Position numbers and translations under genes: made by a program | Sequence record: MH550421 | Source: Enterobacteria phage T6 | Length of the DNA stretch: 64,000 nt | Direction: 5' to 3' (one strand) | Shown: piece by piece, positions 39,971 through 50,466 of the stretch | How positions within the stretch are numbered: position 1 is the first letter of the stretch | Layout of the letters: each line of letters starts with the position of its first letter | Notes under the pieces: generated by a model | What the model was told of the DNA's origin: nothing | The model's database searches: none | Seen by the model: only the letters and a program-made list of their open reading frames with translations

Positions 39971-40462
39971 TTAATCATGTTTCCACACCCCATCGGTATT
40001 TGACCAAAGTCGCTGATTATCTGATCCTCGCCACAGCTTTTTAGTCGGAAGATTTTTCTCATACTTCCCATCAATAATAACATCAACATATTTAAGCATT
40101 TCTAGTTGTTTAATATCTTCAAACTTATATCCTGTCCACAACCAAATGCTTTTATTGGGATAAAGATTTTTTACTGTTTGAACAATGCAATGAATAACAT
40201 CTCGGTTATCAGGATAGAGAGGGTCTCCTCCAGTTATAGTTAATCCTTCTATATAATCATTATTCAAACATTCAATTAATTGTTCTAGTGTTTCACCAGT
40301 AAATGGAATACCATTTCTAGCATTCCATGTTGATTTATTATAACACCCTTCACATTTATGCAAACAACCTGTAACGAAAAGAACGGTCCTGCATCCAGGA
40401 CCATTAACAAAGCAGCACGGGTATATTCTGTCATAATTCATAATAATATCCAATTTTTCCAA
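39971..40462 (-). CDS. nrdG: anaerobic ribonucleotide reductase activating protein NrdG (radical SAM)
   Basis: CCFVNGPGCRTVLFVTGCLHKCEGCYN cluster. Confidence 0.85.
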   Translation of the reverse strand: MEKLDIIMNYDRIYPCCFVNGPGCRTVLFVTGCLHKCEGCYNKSTWNARNGIPFTGETLEQLIECLNNDYIEGLTITGGDPLYPDNRDVIHCIVQTVKNLYPNKSIWLWTGYKFEDIKQLEMLKYVDVIIDGKYEKNLPTKKLWRGSDNQRLWSNTDGVWKHD

Positions 40463-41268
40463 GCTTCATCAGTAGAATTACAGCGTTTTAGTATAAGATG
40501 TCTAGAAACTTTTATGGCATTTGAGCACTTTTTAATTGAATCATATTTAATACCGTCAACTGAAACGGTTTTGCTAGTTGGAGAAATTTTTCCATACATT
40601 GGATTTTTTGAACCAACTTGAAGTCCTTTTAAAGCTTTTGAAAGCTTTTGTCTAGATTCCAATGACATGGGAGAATTCTTTTTACCTTCAATAATTCGCT
40701 TGCGATGAAGTTCGCGTTCTTCTTCGCTCAAAGAATTGTAATATTTTTTAACACCGTTTGATATAGATAATTTATCTTTCTCAGACCGCTCTCCAACTAA
40801 TTTACTTCTAACATCTTTTCGCTTCATAGCTATGCTTACAGCTTTATTTAAATTTGCTTGATGCTCTGGCGTACGTTTATATTTCTTTAAAGCACGTGAA
40901 ATAGCTATTTTAGTTTTTTCTGTTTTCTTTTTACCTTTATTTGCTAAACTATTTTTGTGGCGATGTTCAAGTGTCTGTTCATAAGCAGTTCCACCTTTTC
41001 CACCAGGTTTAATATTATATGTATTTTCTTTTAGACAATACTCTTCGGTTACAAGTTCAGCTTCTTTATCATACATTTGTTTTTCATTATCAAAAACATG
41101 TAAAATTTCTTTATTAAAATTTTTTCTACCATATTTTAATAAAGAGGCACGAATCAATGTTCCTGACCCCATATAACCGTCATTTATGTTATCGGTGCTA
41201 TGCGCACCGATATATTCCTTTGAATTAATTATATTTGTTATTTTATAAATTATATAATACCTATGCAT
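40438..41268 (-). mobile_element. free-standing GIY-YIG homing endonuclease (Seg-like)
   Basis: IIYKITN...EYIG motif, DGYMGSG, conserved Arg/Glu/Asn; basic NUMOD-like C-terminus; overlaps nrdG start and nrdD stop. Confidence 0.75.
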
Positions 41269-43078
41269 GTTTTACTCGTTTTACCATTTCTTTCATTTTA
41301 CCTAAATTCCATGGAACAACGCTAGGAGTTCCAAGATAGCCACATGTTCTTCTTATGGTATTCATCTTTTTAGGATCAGTTTCTCCACAAATAGAACAAA
41401 CAAATCCGTTTTCAGTAGGAGTCATTTCATGGGTACTTCCACATGTAAAACATTTATCTACTGGCATATTAACACCAAAATAATCTAAATGTTGTGCAGC
41501 ATAATCCCATACGGCCTCAAGACCTTTTAAGTTATTTTTCATATCAGGAAGTTCAACATAAGAAATGTGACCACCTGTCGCAATGAAATGATATGGCGCT
41601 TCACGAGAAATCTTTTCAAACGGAGTAATATTTTCTTCTACTGAAACGTGGAAACTGTTAGTGTACCAGCCTTTATCGGTAACATCCTTTACACTTCCAT
41701 ATTTTTCTGTATCGAGTTTACAGAAGCGATAGCAAAGGTTTTCAGCAGGAGTAGAATATAAACTAAAAGCAAATCCGGTTCTTTCAGTCCACTGTTTAAG
41801 ATGAGCATTCATTTTAGTTAAAATTTCTCGTCCAATATCACGACCGACAAGAATATTCAATTCGTGAATACCAATGTATCCTAAAGATACTGAACTTCTG
41901 CCGTTTTTAAATAACTCAATTATGTCGTCATCAGGTTTAAGACGAACCCCGAATGCACCTTCTTGGTAAAGAATAGGGGCAACAGTAGCTTTAACTCCTT
42001 TTAAAGAACTAATTCTACACATCAAAGCTTCAAAACACAAATCCATTCGTTCATTGAATAATTCAACAAATTTCTGTTCATTGAATTGTGTTCCAATATA
42101 AGAATCTAACGCGATGCGAGGAAGATTCAGTGTTACAACACCAAGATTATTACGTCCATCAAGAATTTCATTACCAGTCGAATCTTTCCATACGCTCAAG
42201 AAACTACGGCAACCCATTGGAGAAACAGGAACAGATGAACCAGTGATAGCTTTATTATTCTTAGCTGAAATAATATCAGGATACATCCTTTTGCTTGCAC
42301 ACTCTAGAGCAAGCTGCTTAATATCATAGTTCGGGTCGTCTTTATAAAGATTAACACCTTCTTCAACGAACATAACAAGCTTAGGGAAAATAGGAGTTAT
42401 CCCATCACGACCAAGACCTTTAATACGATTTTTCAGAATTGCTTTCTGAATCATTCGTTCAGTCCAGTCAGTTCCCGTACCAAATGTAATTGTTACAAAA
42501 GGCGTTTGTCCGTTTGAACTAAAGAGAGTATTTACTTCATATTCATAAGCTTGAAATGCATCGTATACGTCTTTTTCTGTTTTAGATTGGGCATAATTCA
42601 ACGCATCAGCGATTTGCCATTTTTCTGCATCCTCAATATGTTTTGCATAGGTACGTTTAACATAAGGAGAAAGTACTTTATCTACATTCGCAAAAGTCGT
42701 TCCGCCGTATTGGTGAGAAGCAACCTGTGCAGTAATTTGTGCCATAATCGCAGTAGCAACGCCAATTGATTTAGGAGTTTCAATCTGTGCATTACCTAGC
42801 TTAAATCCGTTCTCAAGCATTCCTTTTAAATCTACTAAACAGCAATTAGTAAATGGAAGAGCAGGGGAATAATCAATATCATGGAAATGAATAATTCCGC
42901 TTTCATGCGCTTTCATAATAAAAGACGGGACCATATTTTTGGCAATGTGTTTAGACACAATACCAGCCATAAGGTCCCGTTGAGTTGGAAAAACACGAGA
43001 ATCTTTATTAGCATTCTCGTTTAAAAGGTCTTTATTAGTTTTATGAATCAATCCTTCAATTTCTTTTTCAATTGTCAT
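41261..43078 (-). CDS. nrdD: anaerobic ribonucleoside-triphosphate reductase NrdD
   Basis: 605-aa continuous ORF; C-terminal glycyl-radical region RRTCGYLG and Cys cluster. Confidence 0.9.
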   Translation of the reverse strand: MTIEKEIEGLIHKTNKDLLNENANKDSRVFPTQRDLMAGIVSKHIAKNMVPSFIMKAHESGIIHFHDIDYSPALPFTNCCLVDLKGMLENGFKLGNAQIETPKSIGVATAIMAQITAQVASHQYGGTTFANVDKVLSPYVKRTYAKHIEDAEKWQIADALNYAQSKTEKDVYDAFQAYEYEVNTLFSSNGQTPFVTITFGTGTDWTERMIQKAILKNRIKGLGRDGITPIFPKLVMFVEEGVNLYKDDPNYDIKQLALECASKRMYPDIISAKNNKAITGSSVPVSPMGCRSFLSVWKDSTGNEILDGRNNLGVVTLNLPRIALDSYIGTQFNEQKFVELFNERMDLCFEALMCRISSLKGVKATVAPILYQEGAFGVRLKPDDDIIELFKNGRSSVSLGYIGIHELNILVGRDIGREILTKMNAHLKQWTERTGFAFSLYSTPAENLCYRFCKLDTEKYGSVKDVTDKGWYTNSFHVSVEENITPFEKISREAPYHFIATGGHISYVELPDMKNNLKGLEAVWDYAAQHLDYFGVNMPVDKCFTCGSTHEMTPTENGFVCSICGETDPKKMNTIRRTCGYLGTPSVVPWNLGKMKEMVKRVKHA

Positions 43079-43548
43079 TTTAAACTCTTTCTAAGCTGCT
43101 TCTTAAATGAAGCTATTAACTGTGTTTTGGTGTCAGATTCATTATATTCAAATCCTCTTTGAAGCATCTCGGCCATCATTTCCTCTTTTCCTAAACGAGA
43201 AAATTCCTTTGATTTATCTCCAACAAAGTTAGGGTGAATATTATTTTGGGTGTAATCGGATTTTAAGTAAGTAAGTAAATTTTCTAACCATTCAAGATAA
43301 TCAACACCTTGTCCCTTTAAGCCAGAACGATTAAATTTGTGCTTCATTTGACCTTCTGCAGCATTACAGAGATTACAAAGCAATCCACGTACCTTTCCTG
43401 CTTTTGGTCCATTTAATTCATGGTCATGATCAAGATGATTAGCTTGAACATCAGGATTTAGTTCTCGTTGGCAAATTAAGCATTTACCGTTTTGTGCATT
43501 ATAAAATTTTTGTTTTTCTTCTTTGTATAATTTGCCAGTCAATAACAT
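43075..43548 (-). CDS. 49: endonuclease VII gp49 (Holliday junction resolvase)
   Basis: 157 aa; zinc-binding CLICQ...HLDHDH...CNLCN. Confidence 0.9.
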   Translation of the reverse strand: MLLTGKLYKEEKQKFYNAQNGKCLICQRELNPDVQANHLDHDHELNGPKAGKVRGLLCNLCNAAEGQMKHKFNRSGLKGQGVDYLEWLENLLTYLKSDYTQNNIHPNFVGDKSKEFSRLGKEEMMAEMLQRGFEYNESDTKTQLIASFKKQLRKSLK

Positions 43549-43589
43549 AATAAACCCTTACCTTAAATAGATAAGGGTATTTATTATTT

Positions 43590-44075
43590 TCAAGTATTGT
43601 AAAACATTTGATGCAATCGCTTATATTGCCGAATCTTTTGGTCAGAAAAAGAAATTTGAGTTTCAAGCCATTCAATGTACTCTGCAGCAGCTTGCATTAA
43701 ATTTCCTTCATAGCCATCGTTATTTTCTTGTGCAGCTAATTTAGCTAATGCGTATGAAATACGTTCACCTTGAAAATCGGCTTTAGGCTTCTGAACAACT
43801 TGATTAGTTCGCTCTACAACTTCTTCAATTTCGCCATTTTCGACTGATTCAGTATTCCACAAACACCAATACGTAATTGGCTTATCGTAGATGTTAATAA
43901 TCTTTCCATCAGAAAGTTCAATTTCAATAATTCCAGTATCAGGTTCTATATCATCTTCACATTCTTTTGCAAGTTCACGAACCTTAAAGACAGTACCTGC
44001 ACTAAGTTCCGGCCAGTAATTACACAGCCCTGTATCAGCACGATTAATTCTAAACCACTTATCTACTGTAATCAT
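43590..44075 (-). CDS. pin: PinA-like protease inhibitor
   Basis: 161 aa from ATG at 44075; size and position match T4 pin. Confidence 0.5.
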   Translation of the reverse strand: MITVDKWFRINRADTGLCNYWPELSAGTVFKVRELAKECEDDIEPDTGIIEIELSDGKIINIYDKPITYWCLWNTESVENGEIEEVVERTNQVVQKPKADFQGERISYALAKLAAQENNDGYEGNLMQAAAEYIEWLETQISFSDQKIRQYKRLHQMFYNT

Positions 44076-44197
44076 GTCCCATCTCCATATCAATTATGTC
44101 ATTTATTGTAGGTTCATTATATACTGTTTCTTCATCAGTGTAAACCGGTTCTTCCAGCTCTGGCTCTACAGTTTCCCATCTAGCCGCCCACCAAGGT

Positions 44198-44392
44198 TTA
44201 ACCCCGAAGCTTATTAAGTTCTTCATAATCAATCCAGGATTCTAATCCTGATGGCAAATCAGATTCAATTTCCCAAAGAAGCTCTTCAATTTTCTGAAGA
44301 CGATCTAGTTCTTCAGCTGGAATAGTAACCATTGATGGAGTTCTTGATACACTAATATCGTAAATCATATTTACCCCAGTTTGACCATGCAA
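44198..44392 (-). CDS. hypothetical protein, 64 aa
   Basis: small ORF. Confidence 0.4.
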   Translation of the reverse strand: MHGQTGVNMIYDISVSRTPSMVTIPAEELDRLQKIEELLWEIESDLPSGLESWIDYEELNKLRG

Positions 44393-44586
44393 TCACCGTA
44401 TTTCCACTTAGAAATAGACTTTTCACCATTAGAATAATAAACTTCGAGTTTAGCACGATTATTTTTAATTTGAATAACCTTGGCTGTCATCAAAGTTCCA
44501 TACCCATAATAAACTGCAACTTCATCACCTACATATACCGCGCTTCCGCGGTAATCATGGATATAATCAGTTCCTTCGAGCATCAT
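44371..44586 (-). CDS. hypothetical protein, 71 aa
   Basis: small ORF overlapping nrdC stop. Confidence 0.4.
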   Translation of the reverse strand: MMLEGTDYIHDYRGSAVYVGDEVAVYYGYGTLMTAKVIQIKNNRAKLEVYYSNGEKSISKWKYGDCMVKLG

Positions 44587-44846
44587 TTAAAGTATTCCCG
44601 CAATTGGTCAAATCCACCAATATGACTTCCATCAGGAGCAAATACCTGAGGCATCGTCAAACCAATTTGAGTATCACGACCTAGTTTCGTCAGAAGCTCA
44701 GCAATTTTCTCATCATCAAAAACACCTTTTTCCGGCATAATGTTGATAAATTCAAACGGCTGTTTCTTCACGGTCAAAAGACGTTTTGCATTATCACAAT
44801 ACACACATTTATGAATGTTGCTATCATAACCATATACTTTAAACAT
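44583..44846 (-). CDS. nrdC: thioredoxin/glutaredoxin NrdC
   Basis: 87 aa; CVYC active site. Confidence 0.85.
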   Translation of the reverse strand: MFKVYGYDSNIHKCVYCDNAKRLLTVKKQPFEFINIMPEKGVFDDEKIAELLTKLGRDTQIGLTMPQVFAPDGSHIGGFDQLREYFK

Positions 44847-44847
44847 A

Positions 44848-45090
44848 TTATTCCTTAATTCCTAGTACTTGTTTAAAAGTCTCGTCGTAATCAAGACTTT
44901 GGCCAGTTTGTTCTTTATGTTTGTATATAATATCACTTACTTCTGATAGCATATTTTTATATGAACGAGTTAAAGCTGATTTAAGCACGCTGTATCTATC
45001 AGGAAATTTACCATGTTCATTATAATAAGCTATTGCTAATTCACGGACTGCCTTTTCAGCAGTCTCCATATATTCTTTACGCTTGGTCAT
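44848..45090 (-). CDS. hypothetical protein, 80 aa
   Basis: ORF. Confidence 0.45.
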
Positions 45091-45092
45091 TC

Positions 45093-45461
45093 TTAATCCA
45101 AAATATTATTAGGCATTGGTTGAACACTCGCAAGTTCTTTAAAGAACTCAGTAGAGTCAGGTAATTTAATCATTTCCGGAGCATGCTTACTAAATTTATG
45201 TTTACAATGACGACATTTATATTCAAGCTCTGGTTTACGCCAATTAATCAATTGGACCTGTTCAGTACCGCACTCAGGACAATTAGGAACGTTTTTAGAA
45301 GCCCTTTCACGACGTTCAACCATAACCATAATAGCGTCCCATGCTGGAGGTTTAAAATCTAAATCGTCAGTAACTAACAGTCCTTTATCAAACCCAGCGC
45401 ATGGAGTCCATTCAGGAAAATCTGAAGCTTCTGCAATATCTTCTAATAGACGCTTTTTCAT
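45093..45461 (-). CDS. zinc-ribbon protein, 122 aa
   Basis: CPECG...CRHC four-cysteine motif. Confidence 0.5.
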
Positions 45462-46384
45462 TTCAATACCTCAATAGCATTACGTAAACCATTTGCTTTG
45501 GCGGTTAAAGCCTTAAGAACTTTAGTATGCTCTTCAATTTGTTTTTCAACTTCAATCAAACGAGCATTGAGATATTCGCGTTCTTCTTTCATAGTATCAT
45601 TCCCATGATTGAATTTTGGCGTAGGTTTAAATTCACTAGGGTCCTTTAATTTAATAACAAATTTAGTTTCAAACAGTGAAAGACCATAATTCGTATTATC
45701 ATCAAAGGATTCAACTACGTCCATTTTAGACAATAACGTACGAAGATTATAAGTCAAAGAACGAATCGTTTTATTATGTTTATTAGCTTCACATGGTTTC
45801 ATATATGGAAGATTTTTATATATTTCATGCGGAGCACAAACAATAATTGACAATTCAAATGGTCCATTCTGTGATGATGGAATGAATTTAGCCGTAACCC
45901 AATCTTTTACATTTACATTAATAGTACGATCATCGCCATGACAAAACAGTCTACGAGAATGCTTAAAAAGCATATTCACATTATTATTAAATTCGTGTGA
46001 AAACTCACTGGCAAATTTTTCTTTACTATTTTTAGAAAACCATTCTTCTAAATAAGTTCTTTTCACGTCATTAATAATATTAAATGTAACAACATTATCA
46101 TTTGATACATTAGTCTCAATGTAGCTTGGATACATAAATTTTTTAACATTATTAACAGCTATCACAGAAGATAGTAATCGGGAACGTTTGAACCACTCGA
46201 GCAAAGAACCAAGAGAATGTGAATATGCATTTTGTGTATCTTTACAAATATGGTTTTCCCATCCAATATAGTCTAAAAAATCACGAAGAATATTATTGAT
46301 TACTGCTCTGTGTCCTATCTGATAATTACGATGTTTAGTAATAAGACTGTCAAAATAATCAATATAATGTTTACGAGTTTTCAT
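45458..46384 (-). CDS. paralog family protein with C-terminal coiled coil, 308 aa
   Basis: C-terminal heptad-like segment ...LRNAIEVLK; starts MKTR like the 340-aa paralog. Confidence 0.55.
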   Translation of the reverse strand: MKTRKHYIDYFDSLITKHRNYQIGHRAVINNILRDFLDYIGWENHICKDTQNAYSHSLGSLLEWFKRSRLLSSVIAVNNVKKFMYPSYIETNVSNDNVVTFNIINDVKRTYLEEWFSKNSKEKFASEFSHEFNNNVNMLFKHSRRLFCHGDDRTINVNVKDWVTAKFIPSSQNGPFELSIIVCAPHEIYKNLPYMKPCEANKHNKTIRSLTYNLRTLLSKMDVVESFDDNTNYGLSLFETKFVIKLKDPSEFKPTPKFNHGNDTMKEEREYLNARLIEVEKQIEEHTKVLKALTAKANGLRNAIEVLK

Positions 46385-46436
46385 GTTCTTCTCACTTGGT
46401 TAATGGTTTATACTCCGAGCCATCCTTGGCTTTAAA

Positions 46437-47438
46437 TTACTTAATTAACTGTAAAGCTTGTTCAAGACGATCCAGGCGATTAACAGATTCTTCCCAAATC
46501 CTTTTAGCCTGCTCATATTCTTTCTGTGCTTTATTAGAAATTTCTAGAACTTCTTTATAAGCTTTTTCTAGTGCAATAACTTCTGGACGAATTTCTACCG
46601 GTTCAGGTGAATCGTCAAGACATTCCATTAGTTCCTCAAGGGTAGTTTCTTCTTTAGGAGTATTCACAATTTCATCACATTTTTGTTGGTAAATTTCTTT
46701 ATCAGTAGGTGAATAAGCACATTTCACTTCACGAAGACTAATTACAATTTTATATCCTTCCCAGCCGCATATATTCTTAAAAGGATATGTATGAATATTT
46801 TCTACTGTTTCCATACAAAGTAATGCGGTCTCTAATTGACGAGTTATAGTGCTAGCAATTGAGAAAAATTTATTAATATTCTTTTGGTTAGTTTCTGGTG
46901 TAAAAAATCCATAATTCACAAAAATAGCTACTTTATTTTTATCAAGTTCATATTCTTTTATGATAATCATATCAGAAGCCAAAGGATGAATTTGACGATA
47001 ATCGCCATAACATAATTTAGAAGCTGATTTTAGAAGTTGCTTCTTGAAAAGTCTGAAATTACTAACCCAACGACGAGTAAAAATATTCTCAGGGTCTTCT
47101 TTATTATTAAGATGATAAGAATTAACATCACCGAACCAATTGTATCCTACTACATCTTTAGTTCGTTTAATTTCTTTCCCAAATTTACTAAGAATATCTT
47201 GATTAACTAAATATGAAAGAAGACGAGACCCTTTAAAGGTTTCCTTAATATCATCTTTATCTGCACGACTAGAAATTTTATGAACTTCATGAATAAATTT
47301 GCTGGAAGAAACAATACTTGCATCAGTATTATTGAGCCATTGATTGATAATGGAAATAACGCTATTCTGACTAGACATAGGTTTAACTTTATCATCAATA
47401 ACGCTGTTGAATGATTTGATATATTCGTTACGAGTCAT
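46437..47438 (-). CDS. paralog family protein with C-terminal coiled coil, ~333 aa
   Basis: ATG at 47438 with GAGGAG SD; shared FRLFKKQLLKSASKL motif; C-terminal coiled coil. Confidence 0.55.
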   Translation of the reverse strand: MTRNEYIKSFNSVIDDKVKPMSSQNSVISIINQWLNNTDASIVSSSKFIHEVHKISSRADKDDIKETFKGSRLLSYLVNQDILSKFGKEIKRTKDVVGYNWFGDVNSYHLNNKEDPENIFTRRWVSNFRLFKKQLLKSASKLCYGDYRQIHPLASDMIIIKEYELDKNKVAIFVNYGFFTPETNQKNINKFFSIASTITRQLETALLCMETVENIHTYPFKNICGWEGYKIVISLREVKCAYSPTDKEIYQQKCDEIVNTPKEETTLEELMECLDDSPEPVEIRPEVIALEKAYKEVLEISNKAQKEYEQAKRIWEESVNRLDRLEQALQLIK

Positions 47439-47466
47439 ATTAATCTCCTCAGTAGAAAGTAAGAAC

Positions 47467-47496
47467 ATTATACCACATCCTTGTGGCAAAGTAAAC
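47467..47496 (-). promoter_or_regulatory. sigma70-type early promoter
   Basis: rc GTTTAC (47491-47496), 18-nt spacer, TGGTATAAT; near-identical to the 2418-2447 copy. Confidence 0.7.
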
Positions 47497-48518
47497 TAGT
47501 TTAGTGCATTTAGTGCATTTTTCAGTTTAGAACGTTGCTTCGTGAGATTTTTGACTTTTTCTTGAGCTTTTTCTAGCATCTTTTCAGCTTCTAACACTTC
47601 ATTAGTTGCTTTAACGAGTTCATCATCTACTGCCTTGATAGACTTCTCAATCGCATCCGCGTGCCATTTTTCAACAGGTTTAAGACTCGGATTTTCAATA
47701 GGAAGAAAATTCACTTTATTAAGTTTACATGCATCTATATTGCTTGAGCTATACATCCAAAATTTAGGATCGTTTGAGGAGTAATTAGATGAATTTAAGG
47801 TATCTTGCACTTCTTGCTTTTTCTCTTGCGGGACTTCGTCCTTTCTCAAAAAATCGTATTTAAATGAAACGACCATATCAAGTTCATATGTTGTTGTATG
47901 TTCCCAATTTCGCTCAAAACGAGGTAAAATCTTAGAATGAACAGTGGCAACAACATCCATATACTTAAATGCTTCTGTCAACTGTGATTTAAGGCATTCA
48001 CAAATTGAAAGAGAATTTTTTGTATTAGGTTTAAAGCTAATTCGTGCAGTTCTATTATTTTCTTTTAACGGTCTTACTTCCATCTGAAGAGTATAACCGT
48101 CAAATTTCAGATTCTTTAAGTTAATATCAGAACCTTTTAATCGACTAGCAGTAGACAAAATTTGCTTTAATTGTTTACGGAATAGAGCAATAAATCTCCA
48201 TTCAAGACGATAATGATTTGGATTAAAAAATCCAGTTGATAGATCGGTCTTACTTTGACCAACGCCTCGAACAAATAGAGGATTTTTATAATCAATAGTT
48301 TTACAGAAATCAACGAGCTGCTCGCGAGCAGTCATTTGTGTAATATACCCTGATTCATTAAAATTACGCACCCATTCACTGCTGTTCAGATGTTTAAAGG
48401 CGTGAATGGAACAATTAACTTTATTAAGGTCTAAATTATTTTCACACAAAAATGTCATAACATCACGAGTATAGCTGGCATTACGAACCATATCTTCAAT
48501 TTGAGAACGAGTTTTCAT
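47496..48518 (-). CDS. paralog family protein with C-terminal coiled coil, 340 aa
   Basis: RFIALFRKQLKQILSTASRLKG motif; C-terminal coiled coil. Confidence 0.55.
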   Translation of the reverse strand: MKTRSQIEDMVRNASYTRDVMTFLCENNLDLNKVNCSIHAFKHLNSSEWVRNFNESGYITQMTAREQLVDFCKTIDYKNPLFVRGVGQSKTDLSTGFFNPNHYRLEWRFIALFRKQLKQILSTASRLKGSDINLKNLKFDGYTLQMEVRPLKENNRTARISFKPNTKNSLSICECLKSQLTEAFKYMDVVATVHSKILPRFERNWEHTTTYELDMVVSFKYDFLRKDEVPQEKKQEVQDTLNSSNYSSNDPKFWMYSSSNIDACKLNKVNFLPIENPSLKPVEKWHADAIEKSIKAVDDELVKATNEVLEAEKMLEKAQEKVKNLTKQRSKLKNALNALN

Positions 48519-48526
48519 GGTGTTCC

Positions 48527-49438
48527 TTAAGATTTAAGTAAATCAACAATTTTAATTAACTTTTCACGCTCAGATTTAGCTTTACTACTCAATCCAGATA
48601 GTCTGAAAATTTCATCATCATATTGTTGAATAGAAATATTTAGCTCTTCAATTTGCTTATTAAAATACTCAATTTGTTCAGAATGTTTTTCGTTACTACG
48701 AACTGGTACAGGTTTTGTAGGCAATTTAGTTAAACTGGATTCATCCGGGCGATAAATTAAAATGCAATTTGAACCAATCGGGCATTTAGCACCAGACACA
48801 TATTCTAATGTTCCGGCTTCTTTTAAAACTTCAAAAGCTAAACAGAGATGATGCCCCATATTAACATAATCTGTAGAGCGAGCTCTGACGTAATAATCAT
48901 CGCCGCGAATACTAAATTTAAAGCATTTAAGGTCTTCTGTATTATTGGTCTTAAAAATCATTTGTTTATCTAGACCTTTAGCTAATCGAGCGCCTAATGC
49001 TAATAATCGTCGTTGATTTTCCAACAAATCCGCAATCATTTGATCGAATGATAATTTCGGCATTAGTCGACCATAAAGGTCATATCCTTTATTATAATTA
49101 CGAAGGATTTCACTCGCGTTAATACGAGACAACGCTCCAATTTTATTAAGGGCTTTCATAATGCGATTAGATAAACTCATTCCAGACCCGTTTGTTCGCT
49201 GTAAATGTTTTTCTAATCCAAATCCAATATCAACTTTAAATTTATCTAAAATTTTGGCATGAACATCTCTGTCAATAACATTCAAATCCAAAGTTGGGTT
49301 AAATCTATGAAAAAATTTATCTGGCTCTCCACGACGAAATACAGTCCATTCATTTAATTTTTTATTAACTAAAGATTTAATTACTGCATTGACATTATTA
49401 ATTACTACTGACATATTTTCCTCACTCAATTTTACCAA
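48527..49438 (-). CDS. paralog family protein with C-terminal coiled coil, 303 aa
   Basis: LLENQRRLLALGARLAKG motif; C-terminal coiled coil. Confidence 0.55.
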   Translation of the reverse strand: MVKLSEENMSVVINNVNAVIKSLVNKKLNEWTVFRRGEPDKFFHRFNPTLDLNVIDRDVHAKILDKFKVDIGFGLEKHLQRTNGSGMSLSNRIMKALNKIGALSRINASEILRNYNKGYDLYGRLMPKLSFDQMIADLLENQRRLLALGARLAKGLDKQMIFKTNNTEDLKCFKFSIRGDDYYVRARSTDYVNMGHHLCLAFEVLKEAGTLEYVSGAKCPIGSNCILIYRPDESSLTKLPTKPVPVRSNEKHSEQIEYFNKQIEELNISIQQYDDEIFRLSGLSSKAKSEREKLIKIVDLLKS

Positions 49439-49823
49439 TTACGCGGAATAAGATTGAACAGACTATATAAGTACCACATATAGATTGAACTAATGCCATT
49501 CCAAAGAACCAAACAATATTATCAAACCACGTCTGTTTTACGTCGAAAGGACGTAAACTTACAGTAATATTATCGCCTTTTTCTATTGATGAATACATCT
49601 CTGGTGAAATATATTCGCTAAATCTATAACCGTCTTTGAGTTCATATACGGCAATAAACGATAAACTAGACCCCTTTCCTTGAGTTCCTGTAAGGGTATT
49701 AACTACAGTAACATCATAATCTTTATAATGCATATAATCATTAATTGCGTAATAACCATATGCAACTACTACACATAAACAGCATATCAATAAATTCAAT
49801 CTTTTAATTATCAACTGTTTCAT
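49422..49823 (-). CDS. membrane protein, 133 aa
   Basis: N- and C-terminal hydrophobic helices. Confidence 0.5.
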   Translation of the reverse strand: MKQLIIKRLNLLICCLCVVVAYGYYAINDYMHYKDYDVTVVNTLTGTQGKGSSLSFIAVYELKDGYRFSEYISPEMYSSIEKGDNITVSLRPFDVKQTWFDNIVWFFGMALVQSICGTYIVCSILFRVIGKIE

Positions 49824-49878
49824 AATAATCTCAATTAAAAGGGCTTAGAACCATTATACCATCCTTGGTATAAAGCGG

Positions 49879-50406
49879 TTATGCGAGTACCGTCTTTAAC
49901 CGTTCTTCAAACTTCCGAAGAGTATTTTGGCGTTCAGCTCTTTGCTTTTTGTAAGTTTCAATACGCTCTGAAATGAGAGTGTATCGTTCATTTACTGATT
50001 CTTTCATAAAATCAGGAATTTCACGAGAAGCTTTAATCTCGTCAAATTTATCAATAACAGCTTGCTCTTCAGCAATTAAGTTATCATACATCAAAATATC
50101 TTTCTTGATGAACTCAATATCTTCTTGAGTTACACGAGATAATTTAGATGCTTTATCCTTTTTGTACTGTTCGTTAGTATCACGAGACCAGTGTAATGTA
50201 CGATTTTTATTCGTGTTCTTGTAAATTTCTACAATACCAATCTCATCAATAATAACGATCCAATTCCAACGGGATTTGTAAATTTGTCCTCCATCAACTG
50301 TGATTTCACCTCCGATTGAGATGTCATTAAAGAACTTGCTTTGTGCTTCAGATTTAAATTTACCATCGTTGTAATTTACCAGGTTGAAAATATCTTTAGC
50401 GTTCAT
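49879..50406 (-). CDS. hypothetical protein, ~175 aa
   Basis: ATG at 50406 with GGAGGA SD; longer track N-terminus is translated promoter. Confidence 0.5.
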   Translation of the reverse strand: MNAKDIFNLVNYNDGKFKSEAQSKFFNDISIGGEITVDGGQIYKSRWNWIVIIDEIGIVEIYKNTNKNRTLHWSRDTNEQYKKDKASKLSRVTQEDIEFIKKDILMYDNLIAEEQAVIDKFDEIKASREIPDFMKESVNERYTLISERIETYKKQRAERQNTLRKFEERLKTVLA

Positions 50407-50434
50407 TTTCTGTTCCTCCGTAGTTGATAGTTGT

Positions 50435-50464
50435 ATAGTACCACAGAGGAACGGTCTTGTAAAC
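50435..50464 (-). promoter_or_regulatory. sigma70-type early promoter
   Basis: rc GTTTAC (50459-50464), 18-nt spacer, TGGTACTAT plus conserved downstream caactatcaac. Confidence 0.7.
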
Positions 50465-50466
50465 AA

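Noticed and set aside
41261-43078. Group I intron in nrdD (as in T4)
   Set aside because: nrdD is a single uninterrupted 605-aa ORF here; no internal stop cluster or intron-like insertion is visible.
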